Shown piece after piece: positions 1 through 9,189 of a stretch of 64,000 nucleotides of DNA. The translations under genes and the position numbers were made by a program. Within the stretch, counting starts at the first letter, position 1, and every line of letters starts with the position of its first letter. The notes beneath the pieces are model-generated. The model worked only from the letters and a program-made list of their open reading frames with translations. It was not told where the DNA came from and searched no databases. The stretch is from a virus (lineage: Duplodnaviria > Caudoviricetes), in the IMG/VR virus record IMGVR_UViG_2657245143_000002, positions 24,344-88,343 of that record; one strand, 5' to 3'.

Positions 1-714
1 GACACCGCCGCCGCGCTCAAGTGGGCTGAGGCCGAGATGGACCGCCGCATCAGACTTTATGGCGAGGCAAGGGTCAGCAGCATATGGGCCATGCCGGAGG
101 ATACCCGTCCCAAACCGCTGGCGATACTGGTGGATGAATTCAACAGCCTCCTCCAAAGTGACAAGGCCCCGCGCAACCCGGACGACGACCCGACCATCGC
201 CAATCAGATCATCCAGATCAATGCGGCGAACAAGCTGCGTCAGATGTGCGGCGACAGTGTATCGAAGATCGCGGCCAAGGGTCGCTCCGCCGGCATCACG
301 CTGATGCTCTGCGCACAGGCGCTTAACGCCAATGAGCTCAACCTGCTCTCTGCGGCCGGCACGCTGAAGCGGAATGTCGCCCGGATTTTCCTCGGCTCGG
401 GCAACGCAGCGGGCAATGTCAGCCAGAACAACATCCGCGAGGCCAACCGCATCATCCGCAGCTTCGGCAACATGCCCAAGGGCCGTGGTCTGTATGAGCC
501 GACCGGCGGCCATGTGGTCGGCATCCAGACTTGGTGGTCTGGCGGCGTCGATGCCCTGACCAAGCGGTTCGGCTCCAAACCGGAGGTCCGCAAAATCGAC
601 CTGTCGCCGTACCGGCAGCAGGCGTCCGGCAGGGTCGGCGTCATCGAGCAGCCGGTCGCCATGCCCGATGTGGTGACAGTCGATGACTCCTCCGACGAGG
701 ATTGGGACATCTGA
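1..714 (+). CDS. FtsK/SpoIIIE-family ATPase, C-terminal part (5' end outside window)
   Basis: EMDRR..Y, Walker B LAILVDEF, KGRSAGITLMLCAQ and PKGRG motifs typical of FtsK/TcpA-type ATPases. Confidence 0.8.
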   Translation, partial: DTAAALKWAEAEMDRRIRLYGEARVSSIWAMPEDTRPKPLAILVDEFNSLLQSDKAPRNPDDDPTIANQIIQINAANKLRQMCGDSVSKIAAKGRSAGITLMLCAQALNANELNLLSAAGTLKRNVARIFLGSGNAAGNVSQNNIREANRIIRSFGNMPKGRGLYEPTGGHVVGIQTWWSGGVDALTKRFGSKPEVRKIDLSPYRQQASGRVGVIEQPVAMPDVVTVDDSSDEDWDI

Positions 715-730
715 TCTCGCCTATGAAGAC

Positions 731-762
731 GAAGAGCCTCCTGCCAAGCACAGGGGCTCTTC
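731..762. terminator. Bidirectional intrinsic terminator between convergent genes
   Basis: GAAGAGCCTCCTG/CAGGGGCTCTTC inverted repeat between stops at 714 and 764. Confidence 0.6.
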
Positions 763-763
763 C

Positions 764-2704
764 TTATTCCTTGTTGGCCGCCGCCCTTTTGTGGGCGCAT
801 GAAGGGCAGCCATTCTCCGCGATGCGGTTGGCTATCACCGCAGCCCATGAGCGACCGCAGTATGGGCACAGCCACCAGACCTTGCGCCCGCTGCGTGGCA
901 TCACATCGGCGGGTTTCAGGTCGCCGTTCCTCTCGGAATCCCATTGCAAAGCCAGTTCGGGGTTGATCGTGGCGAGGTCGTTGAAGCCTTGGAGCACCTT
1001 CCGACTGCCGCAGTAGGGACATCCGCCACCCCTGTTGCGGTTGGCTATGGATGCCTGCCACTCGTGACCAAGTTCGTCCTTCCACCAGACCTTGCGATGG
1101 CTGCCCGCCGTGACCTCCGCAGGAGTCAGGACGCCGTTTCTTGTCGGGTGCCACTGGGCGGCGAGCTGCGGATTGCATGTGGCTAGATCGTTGACGCCCT
1201 CGTTGACGACTCGTCCGGCGCAGGCGGGGCAGCCCGTGCTTTTGTCACTTGTGCGGCTGACCACGGTGGCTCGCCACTCATAGCCGCATGCACGGCAGCG
1301 CCACCACACCTTGCGGGAGCTTCCCACGGCCACGCCGGAGGGCGTGAGTTCGCCGTTGCGTTCGGCGTCCCACTCTTGGGCGATGTCGGAGCGTCGGGTA
1401 GCCAGATCGTTGTCCCCGGCGAGGACCTTCCTATTCGCGCAGTATGGGCAACCCGGCTTCAGGCTCGGGTTGGTCCGGGAGTTGATGACCGCCTGCCAGT
1501 GGTGCCCTTTGCCACATGTCCACCAGACGTTGCTGCTTGCGGAGTATGTGAATTGCTCCGGGGTCAGTCCTTCGTTGCGTTCGTAGTCCCATTGCGCGGC
1601 GACATCGGGGCAGCGTGCCGCCAAGGAGTTCTCCCTGCGCATTCGCTCGAACTGCGCGAGGATTTCCGGTTGGTCACGGCGGGTGTCGATGTCCTTGGCG
1701 TCTTCGAGGCCAAGCATGCGCTCCAGCACGGCGATGCACCCGTCAAGGTTCCGCCACTTGTCGTGCTTGACGTCATAGCTGATCGCGTCACCTTCCAGAC
1801 TGTAGGCGTCGGATTCCCTGACGCGGATAAGGCGCACCCCGGCCTTCCTCAGCGAGGCACCCTTCCGTTCGTCGTTGCGTCCTGCGGCCTTGCGGTGGTA
1901 GAAGATTCCGTCATATTCGACCGCCGTGTTCAGCGAGGGCACGTAGGCATCGACCTCCCACACTGTGCCGTCGATCTCTGGTTTCCATTGGTTGATTGTC
2001 CCGGCGTCGATGTCCCGCCGCAGGTAATAGACGACTGCCTGTTCGGGGATGGAGGTGCGGGTGCCCTCCTGACATTTGGGGCATCCGGTTCCTTGGTTTG
2101 TCCTGAGATTCACCGTGGTGCGCCACTCGTGGCCTTTTTCGCAGCGCCACCAGACCTTCCTGATGCTGCCTTTGCCCACCTGACTGGGTGTCAGTGCGCC
2201 GTTGCGGTCGTAATCCCACTCCTTTGCGATGTCCGGGTACAGCGTCGCAAGGTCGTTGAATCCGGGGAGAACCCGTTGGCCGGAGCAATAGGGGCACCCG
2301 TTGCCTTTGTTGTTGCTTCGGGAATTGACGGTCGCCTGCCATTCATGTCCCCGGTCGCATCTCCACCAGACCTTCCGGGCCGTCCCGGCGATGACATCCT
2401 TCGGCGTCAGCCCGTTGTTCTTCGCCGGGTGCCATTGACGCGCAAGCTCCGGGTCCGTCGTCGCCAGATCATTGTATTCGGGGAGCAGCTTTTGGTTGGA
2501 GCAGTAGGGGCATCCGTTGCCTTGCGCCCTTGAGGCCACGGACGCCTCCCACGAGTGTCCCTTGTCGCAGAGCCACCAAGCCTTGCGTTGGGTTCCCAGC
2601 AGAACCTCATTCGGTTTCAGGGTGTTCTTCTCGGCATCCCATTGCTTCGAGAGCTCCGGTCGCCGTGTAGCCAGATCGTTGACACCTCTCGTCAGTCGGC
2701 CCAT
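764..2704 (-). CDS. Zinc-ribbon (treble-clef, DUF4379-like) repeat protein with central PD-(D/E)xK/Vsr-like nuclease domain
   Basis: Seven repeats of NDLAT..P..A..W......KVWW.C..GH.W......R....CP.C; central EVDAYVPSLNTAVEYDGIFYH; start at MGRLTRG after an RBS. Confidence 0.8.
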   Translation of the reverse strand: MGRLTRGVNDLATRRPELSKQWDAEKNTLKPNEVLLGTQRKAWWLCDKGHSWEASVASRAQGNGCPYCSNQKLLPEYNDLATTDPELARQWHPAKNNGLTPKDVIAGTARKVWWRCDRGHEWQATVNSRSNNKGNGCPYCSGQRVLPGFNDLATLYPDIAKEWDYDRNGALTPSQVGKGSIRKVWWRCEKGHEWRTTVNLRTNQGTGCPKCQEGTRTSIPEQAVVYYLRRDIDAGTINQWKPEIDGTVWEVDAYVPSLNTAVEYDGIFYHRKAAGRNDERKGASLRKAGVRLIRVRESDAYSLEGDAISYDVKHDKWRNLDGCIAVLERMLGLEDAKDIDTRRDQPEILAQFERMRRENSLAARCPDVAAQWDYERNEGLTPEQFTYSASSNVWWTCGKGHHWQAVINSRTNPSLKPGCPYCANRKVLAGDNDLATRRSDIAQEWDAERNGELTPSGVAVGSSRKVWWRCRACGYEWRATVVSRTSDKSTGCPACAGRVVNEGVNDLATCNPQLAAQWHPTRNGVLTPAEVTAGSHRKVWWKDELGHEWQASIANRNRGGGCPYCGSRKVLQGFNDLATINPELALQWDSERNGDLKPADVMPRSGRKVWWLCPYCGRSWAAVIANRIAENGCPSCAHKRAAANKE

Positions 2705-2877
2705 TCGCGCACCCTCCTTGTTCTCCATACCATTATGCAGCAAACAGGAACCGGCCCACCAACGCTGACGGGCCGGTTCCTGCCTAGGAGACTTCAGTTA
2801 TTCCGCGTCGGTTCGGAGGGCTCCGGTTCGGCCTCGGCAAGCCTCCTCACCTCGCATGGTCGGCATGGTGCGGATTC

Positions 2878-3207
2878 CTACTCGGCCTCCGTCTCCGGGA
2901 ACTTCCTGAGAATCTGCGCCTTGGTCAGGTTCGGCAGACCGCAGCCCTGACGCAGGAACTCGCGGACGTGCTTCATGGTCGTGGCGCTGTACAGATCGAC
3001 GTTGTGCAGCTCCACGGTCGGCCCCTCTTGGCCGGGATGCTCGGTGATGGTGGCGACCGGCGTCTCGTAGCTCGTCAGGATGAATCCCATGCCGCCGTCC
3101 TTCTGCGGGACCGAGGCGTAGTGCGCCTTGCCGTAGAAGGACCTCTGCGAGAGGAAGTCCGGTCGGAGTTCGTGCGAGCCTGCGTGGTGGTCGAGCGTGT
3201 TGTACAT
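2878..3207 (-). CDS. Small phage-type hypothetical protein
   Basis: SFYGKAH..LTSYETPVA..YSATTMKHVREFLRQ; AAAGGA RBS upstream. Confidence 0.65.
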   Translation of the reverse strand: MYNTLDHHAGSHELRPDFLSQRSFYGKAHYASVPQKDGGMGFILTSYETPVATITEHPGQEGPTVELHNVDLYSATTMKHVREFLRQGCGLPNLTKAQILRKFPETEAE

Positions 3208-3300
3208 CTTCAAGTCCTTTCGACGCCGGACGCATGGGGCGGAGACAGGCTTATGAAAAAAAAGGACTCCCCGAAAGGAGTCCTTGCTGTTCGGCGCGGC

Positions 3301-4515
3301 CTACTTGAGGTGCCAGAGGGTCGGCACGCCGTTGACGCAGGTCTGCAACGCGGTGCCGGTGAACGGGTTGACGTAGCCGTCAACGCTGGGTTCGATGCCG
3401 GACACGGTGTAGGTTCTGCCGCCGACGTTCACCTTGCTGCCGACGCCCAGACCGTAGAGTGCGCTGCCGCCCATGTAGTCGTGCGCCGCGTAGATGGTCT
3501 GGGAGCCGTCCGAAGAGGAGGCGCGTACCCAGCCGCCGGCGTCGATGGCACCTTGGCAGGTGGACGAGTCACCTCTCTGGTAGGTGCAGTTGCGCACGCC
3601 GCTGATGGACGTGATGCCGCTGCCACCGGCGTAGCCGGAGGCGCTGTAGGAGCCGCCACGACCGGAGGTGCCGTAGGAGCTGGCGGACGCGGCTTGGGCG
3701 GCCGCGGCCTCCTGAGCCACGCGGGCGTCATGGGACTTCACCGCGTCGTTCACCTTGTTCTTCGCGTCGTCAAGGGCGGCACGCTTGGCGTCGGCGGTGG
3801 CCCTGTCCGCGGTGTCCTTGACGGAGTTGGCGTCGTCCAGCTTGGCCTTGAGGTCGTTGCGCACGTTCCCGTCATCGACCTTGCCGTTGCTTGAGTCGTA
3901 GACTCCTTGGGCGTCGTTGATGGATTGGGCGAGCGCGGCGCGTGCGTCCTTGTTCAGCTTCTCGGCCTTGGAGGCCTCCACCGCCTTGACGCTCCTGTCC
4001 AAGGCGTCCTTGGCGGTCCTGATGTCGGCCTTGCGTGCCTCGGCGTAGTCGATCACCCTATTGTAGTCGTGCAGGGTGCGCGGTTCCTCCGGGCTGTACG
4101 CCTTGGTCAGTTCCGCGAAGGCGTCGTTGTCGGCGTAGCTCTTCAGGTTGACGAGGGTGTTCGGGTCAGCCACGTCGGTGTCCTTGGTGCCCTCCGCGAG
4201 CTTGTTCGCGGAGTCGATGGCGTCCTTGAGCGCCTTGGAGCTCCTGTTGCTCTCGCCCAGTACCACGGGGTACTCGGCCTTGGCGGCGTTCAGGTTCTCC
4301 ACGCCGTAGGCGGTCGCCACTCCGCCGCCCGCGAGCGCGGCGATGGTCGCCAGCGATGCGGTGGCGGCGATGGCGATGTGCTTGGCGTCGCTGAGGTGGA
4401 GCTTGATCGCGGCGGTGCCGTCGGAGAGGCCTTTGCCGATGGCGTGGCCCTTCTTGGAGAAGGCGTCGTGGGTTCTCTGGGTGCTTTCACCGGGGTTCTT
4501 CCTGAAGTTCTTCAT
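3301..4515 (-). CDS. Membrane-anchored coiled-coil surface protein with compact C-terminal sortase-like domain
   Basis: Hydrophobic anchor, Ala/Lys/Asp-rich helical stalk, Ser/Gly linker, C-terminal YAAHDY...ALQTC. Confidence 0.6.
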   Translation of the reverse strand: MKNFRKNPGESTQRTHDAFSKKGHAIGKGLSDGTAAIKLHLSDAKHIAIAATASLATIAALAGGGVATAYGVENLNAAKAEYPVVLGESNRSSKALKDAIDSANKLAEGTKDTDVADPNTLVNLKSYADNDAFAELTKAYSPEEPRTLHDYNRVIDYAEARKADIRTAKDALDRSVKAVEASKAEKLNKDARAALAQSINDAQGVYDSSNGKVDDGNVRNDLKAKLDDANSVKDTADRATADAKRAALDDAKNKVNDAVKSHDARVAQEAAAAQAASASSYGTSGRGGSYSASGYAGGSGITSISGVRNCTYQRGDSSTCQGAIDAGGWVRASSSDGSQTIYAAHDYMGGSALYGLGVGSKVNVGGRTYTVSGIEPSVDGYVNPFTGTALQTCVNGVPTLWHLK

Positions 4516-4859
4516 GTCGTGTCCTTTTGTTTTGTCGTTTCGATCTTGCGGGGACTTCATGGCGCGGATTCCTCTCCGCTTGGTTGGTGCCCTTGGCCGC
4601 TTGACCTTGTGGCATGGTCATGGTGCGGAAAACGGAAACCGGAGGTCTTCGCCGCCGAAGCCTCCGGTTTTTTGGTGCGCATCAGTGCGGGATGCTGGGC
4701 ACGTAGGGGTTGTCCTCGCCGTCGAGCCGTCGGATGCCTGTGACCGGCGACGGTTCGTCCACGATGTCCTCGGTGACGGGCGCGTACACCATCGCGTCGG
4801 CGCGGGGGCTCCACTGGTCGAAGCGGTGCCCGTCGGTGCCGGGAATCCTCATGGTGGCC

Positions 4860-5246
4860 CTACTCGAATCGTACGGTGCGCTTGGTCATCGGGTCGCCCG
4901 CGAGTTCGAGCAGGCGTTGGAGCTTCGCGTTGCAGTCGGTGCTCAGCACCTCCGCCTTGTACGGGCGTCGCTCCGCGATGGCCTTGTTGAGGATTCCGGC
5001 GACCTGCTCGCGGGGAACGATGTCGTCCTGCACATGGGGGAGAGTCTGGTGCCACGCCTTCGGGCTGAGGCTCACGGTGTGCCATGCCTCGAAGTCGTCC
5101 GTCTTCACGATGCACAGCGCGTCGGTCCACACCGAGAGGTCGTGCGCCTCGCCCACCCTGTACCACTGCGGGTCCTCGGCCGCGAGCTCCCCTGCGAGTC
5201 TGTCGAACTCGGCCTGCTTGGTGATGTTGTTGTCTCCCACGATCAT
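4860..5246 (-). CDS. Hypothetical protein
   Basis: ORF with AAGGAA RBS (MIVGDNN...), co-directional cluster. Confidence 0.55.
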   Translation of the reverse strand: MIVGDNNITKQAEFDRLAGELAAEDPQWYRVGEAHDLSVWTDALCIVKTDDFEAWHTVSLSPKAWHQTLPHVQDDIVPREQVAGILNKAIAERRPYKAEVLSTDCNAKLQRLLELAGDPMTKRTVRFE

Positions 5247-5260
5247 GTCTCGGTTCCTTT

Positions 5261-5602
5261 CTAAAAGAGTGTGGTCTGGGTGTCGCCGTGCTCGTGCCTG
5301 CCGGTCCATGCGGCGGCGAGCACCTTCCACGGCTTGTAGAGCGGGACGCCGCACACGGTGGCGTCCGGCTTGGCGAGCGGGGTCGGGTCCTTGACGAGCC
5401 TCGACAGCTCGGCCTCGGTCAGCGGCGTGCCCAGCTGCCGCATCAGCGGCAGCTTCGTGATAAGCGCGTGCAGTCTGATGATGCTGATTCCGTCGTCGGT
5501 GATGACGAAGAAACCGTGCGCCGCGAGCTGCGGTATGAACGCCTCCGGCACGTCGAGCAGCCTCGCCGCCTGTTCGTTTCCTATGTATCCCGGTCTTGTC
5601 AT
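5261..5602 (-). CDS. Small hypothetical protein, possible HTH DNA-binding
   Basis: MTRPGYIGNEQAARLLDVP resembles an excisionase-type HTH start; AAGGAG RBS. Confidence 0.5.
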   Translation of the reverse strand: MTRPGYIGNEQAARLLDVPEAFIPQLAAHGFFVITDDGISIIRLHALITKLPLMRQLGTPLTEAELSRLVKDPTPLAKPDATVCGVPLYKPWKVLAAAWTGRHEHGDTQTTLF

Positions 5603-5648
5603 GTCCCGCTCCTTTCGTCGAGCTGGGCGGAGCATGGTGCGGAAAATC

Positions 5649-5984
5649 TCAGACGAAACGGAGCGGGCTCCTCTCCGATTTCTTGGCGAGGCGCAGGGCC
5701 TTCTGGAAGAGCTGGTTGGTGTTCGTGCGGAACGCGGTCGCCTTGACGGGTTCGTGGCGTTCGATTGCCTCGTTGAGTCTCTGCGCGACGATTGGCCCGC
5801 GCGTCCTCGATTCGCCGTCGGCGTCGAGCCTGAGCCATCTGCCGTTGTCGTTGTAAGCGCCGAAGCCCTTGGTCTCGACGTCGCAGAGCGCGGCGGTCGA
5901 GACGGCGAGGGTGCCACCATCCCATCCGAAGAGTGCGGGGTCTATGGCGTTGAGTCGTTCGGCCAGCCTGTCGAAGTCGTTCAA
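5649..5984 (-). CDS. Hypothetical protein
   Basis: TTG start with strong purine-rich RBS and motif A upstream. Confidence 0.55.
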   Translation of the reverse strand: MNDFDRLAERLNAIDPALFGWDGGTLAVSTAALCDVETKGFGAYNDNGRWLRLDADGESRTRGPIVAQRLNEAIERHEPVKATAFRTNTNQLFQKALRLAKKSERSPLRFV

Positions 5985-6079
5985 GTCGTTTCCTTCCTTC
6001 CTTGGTCGCGCCGTGCTTGGCGCGGATATGGAAAGGCCCGCAGGCTTGCGCGGCCTGCGGGCCTTCGGTTCGTGTTGTC

Positions 6080-6877
6080 TCAGTCGAGCTGGTCGAGGAC
6101 GCTCAGGTCAATGACCGGCAGCAGCTTGGAGACGTCGAGCGACACGTCGATGTCGTTGCCCTTGCCGTCGCCCACGTTCCCGGCCGCCTCCGGGTCAACG
6201 GCGGCGAGCACCTTCCACACGGCGCGGACGCGGTTGCGTTCCTTCATCGCCATCGACATGACCTTGATGCCCAGTGCGGCGGGGTCGGACTCGGCCTTCA
6301 GCGACTTGGCGTCGGCCACGGCCTTCTTCAGGCCGGTGTCGCCCATGTAGGCCGCGACGATCTGCGCGTCCTCGTCCTTGCCCAGATAGTTGGACAGGAA
6401 CCCGCGCAGGCGCTCGTCGGAGACGGTCTTGTACGCGGCGATGATCTTGCGGATTTCCGCGAGGGTCGGGCCGCTCGGCTTCTTGGCCTTCGGCTTCGCC
6501 TCGGAATCGGCATCGGACGCCTTGGCCTCGGTGCCGGAGAAGTCGGCGTCGAGTTCGGGCTGGACCGCCCCGCCGTCGCCGGTGGCTTCGTCGGTCGTCT
6601 CCACCGGGGCATCGGCGTCGCCATTGCCTTCGGTCTCCTCAGCCGGGGCGTCGGTGTTGCCGTCGCCGGCGGTCTCCTCGGCCGGGGCGTCGGTCGTCGC
6701 GTTCTCGTCGCCGTCGATGGCCGGGGCCTCCACCTGCATGCCGTCGGTCGAAGCGCCCGCGTCGGGGTCGAGGAAGTTGCCGTTGTTGTAGCCGTTGTAG
6801 CCGTAGCCGTTGTCGTTGTCGTTGTTGTAGCTGCTGTCGCCGTAGCCACCCCAGCCGTTGTTGTATTCGTCAGCCAT
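6080..6877 (-). CDS. Acidic low-complexity protein (N/G/Y-rich N-terminus, DAPAEET repeats, helical C-terminal domain)
   Basis: ORF translation; codon bias consistent with neighbours. Confidence 0.7.
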   Translation of the reverse strand: MADEYNNGWGGYGDSSYNNDNDNGYGYNGYNNGNFLDPDAGASTDGMQVEAPAIDGDENATTDAPAEETAGDGNTDAPAEETEGNGDADAPVETTDEATGDGGAVQPELDADFSGTEAKASDADSEAKPKAKKPSGPTLAEIRKIIAAYKTVSDERLRGFLSNYLGKDEDAQIVAAYMGDTGLKKAVADAKSLKAESDPAALGIKVMSMAMKERNRVRAVWKVLAAVDPEAAGNVGDGKGNDIDVSLDVSKLLPVIDLSVLDQLD

Positions 6878-6938
6878 GTCGCTGCCTTCCGTTCGTTCTT
6901 CGGGCCGGTCGTCCGGCCCTTCGTGGAAGGCTGTGCGG

Positions 6939-7396
6939 TCACGCGAGTTCGTTGAGCGACCTCCACGGCCTGACGGGTTCGGGGCGGAAACCGTTCGACC
7001 ATGCGAGCGACATGACCCAAGCGCTCAGCCTGCGTCCGTCGCTCCTCCCGTCGAGCAGCCAGTAGACGGTGAGCGTGCCCATCTTCTCCTCCGGCAATCC
7101 AAGCCAGCGCATCATGCGCCGCAGCGTGGTGACCGCCATGCGGTACGTCGCCCCGGTCAGCGCCTCCTGCAACTGCCAGAGCTTCATCTCGCCCACGGCG
7201 CGGTTCGTCGGCGCTTCGGAGAGGACCCAAGTCAGCGCCTCGCCGCCACGTCCGGTGTTGACGAGCTCCTGACGTGGAAGATGGCCTCGACCCGTTCGCG
7301 CTTGAGCCGTTCCCTCGCCTCATTCATCTTGGCGATGTGCTCCGGCGTCGCCTGAGCACGGCCCCACTCGGCCCGCTTCTCCTGAGTCCACGCCAT
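6939..7396 (-). CDS. Actinobacterial integration host factor (mIHF/H2TH)-like protein, frameshift near 7272
   Basis: Joining two frames gives MAWTQEKRAE..ARERLKRE..GGEALTWVLSEAPTNRAVGEMKLWQLQEALTG, resembling mIHF GGTNLTQVLKDAESDEVLGKMKVSALLEAL; ATG overlaps the parA stop (TGATG). Confidence 0.55.
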
Positions 7397-8216
7397 CAGC
7401 GCCTCCATCCGCGCTTGGCCGACGGCCTCGGCCTTGTCCTCGGCTTCGGCTTGACGCCACGCACCCAAGCCCCCGCGCGTGCGAGCCATGCGGGCTCGTG
7501 GTCGTCGGGGTATCCGGCTTCCGTTCGGCCAGCAGCCTTCCGCTCGCCGGGGTCCAACGGTCGCTGCCCAAGTACCTCCCGAGTCCTTCGAGACGCGACC
7601 GCCATCGTTCGGGCGACGTGTCCAAGGATTCCGCGCCGGGCTGCACGGTCGCCACCACGCCGATGCCGTTCGGGCTGACGCCCGCCCCGACCAGCGCGTC
7701 CAAGGCGTTGCGCCCGTCGTTCAGCGACGAGCCGAGCAGTCCGAGCCTGAACACGACGCCGCATGAGCCGGCTTCGGAACCGTGGAGCAGCCAAGGCAGC
7801 ATCACGCCTCCGGCCACGGTCATGTTGTCGGCCAGAGCCTCCGCGTCGAAACGGTCGGTGTCCACCACAACATAGTCCGCGAGACCGGCAAGCTCCCCGA
7901 TGGAGCGGCCCAAGAGATCGAGCGATTTCGGGTTGTACGAGATCGGACCGGGCAACACCGCGTACCCCGCGCCGTTCGGGAGACGGTCGGGCGTGACGAT
8001 GGCGTTCACCATGCGCTCGCGGGCGTCGCCGCCGACGAGCATGTTCTCCAAGCAGTCGTCGTCGGCCAGTCCGAAGTATTCGCGCTGTGATTGCTGCGTG
8101 AGGTTGCCGTCCACGAGCACGGTGCCGCCGAATCTCGATAGGTGCTGGGCCAGCGCCCTCGCGCCGCTCGATTTGGCGATGCCGCCCGACCCTCCGCTGG
8201 AAAATACGACCTTCAT
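7396..8216 (-). CDS. parA: ParA/MinD-family ATPase, frameshift near 7516
   Basis: N-terminal deviant Walker A SGGSGGIAKSS, VLVDGNLTQ, DYVVVDT; likely true C-terminus (..PAWLARAG..KRGWRR*) lies in another frame ending at 7396. Confidence 0.7.
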
Positions 8217-8384
8217 AACACTGCCTTCCGATTCCGAGGCCTGAAGGCCCCTCGGAGGAGCCTGTGCGGGGCCGGGTGCGAAAATCCACGATTATAGGGG
8301 TCCGTGGCCGGTGGCGGGCGGGTGGTCGGAAAGGGCCAAAATCGTGGTTTTCGTCATGGCGTGGCGGCCCGCTTGGAGATGGCC

Positions 8385-8582
8385 TTTGTATTTGTGATTG
8401 TTGGTTTGTTGTTGTCTTTGTTTTTGTGTTTGTTGGTCTGTCTGTTGATTGATTGTTGATTTGTTGTGTTTGTGTTTTTTGTTGTTGGCTGAGCGAAGAG
8501 AAGGCGGGAAGAGAGGGGAGGAGGGAGTCGAGAGGGGAGAAAAAGGAGGAGAGGTGAGGAGAGGTGCGGGAGGGGAGGAAGG
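8385..8582. repeat. Bipartite low-complexity tract: T/G-rich (8385-8488) then G/A-rich (8491-8582)
   Basis: Directly visible strand-asymmetric composition upstream of parA. Confidence 0.85.
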
Positions 8583-8680
8583 TCGAATCGTCCGGCTCCG
8601 CCCTTGGAGGCCGACGACCCGCGATGCGGGAGACGCTTCGCTGTGAAAAAGAGGCGGGCCGAATGACCCGCCTCCATCGT

Positions 8681-9145
8681 TCAGTCCTCGCGCCACGCGC
8701 ACGCGAGCCACCACCCGGTGTCGTCGTACATGTCGTCCCCATCCGGGTCGGGGTTGCTCCACACGCCGGTGACCGGCATCGACCTGATGGTCGCCGCGTC
8801 GGCCTTCCCTTCGAGGAAGTCCTCGACCGGCGTCAGGTCCTCCCACCGGTTGACGTTCATGGCATTGCGGACCAGATAGGCGTCCGGCTGCTCGCCGTCG
8901 TAGAAGCACAGGCCGTCGAAGTCGCAGCCCTCCTCGGTCACGGGCACCTCCGCGAAGATGCCTCCCATGTCGGCCTCTTCGAGTTCGTACCCGTTGCCGC
9001 CGCGCGTGATGGTGACGCCGCCGTAGTACGACTCGATCTCCTTGGCCGCGTCCAACGCCTCGGCGGCGGTCTCGTACACCCCGCCCAGTTTTTCATCGAG
9101 GTAGGTCTGGAACCTCGCCGCGTTCTCCGCCGTCGCATCGCCCAT
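8681..9145 (-). CDS. Acidic hypothetical protein, paralogous to a domain of the 40411-41769 protein
   Basis: PVEDFLEGKADAATIR vs PVRDFLDGKADSLTIR; AAGGAG RBS; motif A upstream. Confidence 0.7.
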   Translation of the reverse strand: MGDATAENAARFQTYLDEKLGGVYETAAEALDAAKEIESYYGGVTITRGGNGYELEEADMGGIFAEVPVTEEGCDFDGLCFYDGEQPDAYLVRNAMNVNRWEDLTPVEDFLEGKADAATIRSMPVTGVWSNPDPDGDDMYDDTGWWLACAWRED

Positions 9146-9189
9146 ATCGTCTCCTTTGCTTGCCTGCATATCGCATGGCGCGGATTCGC

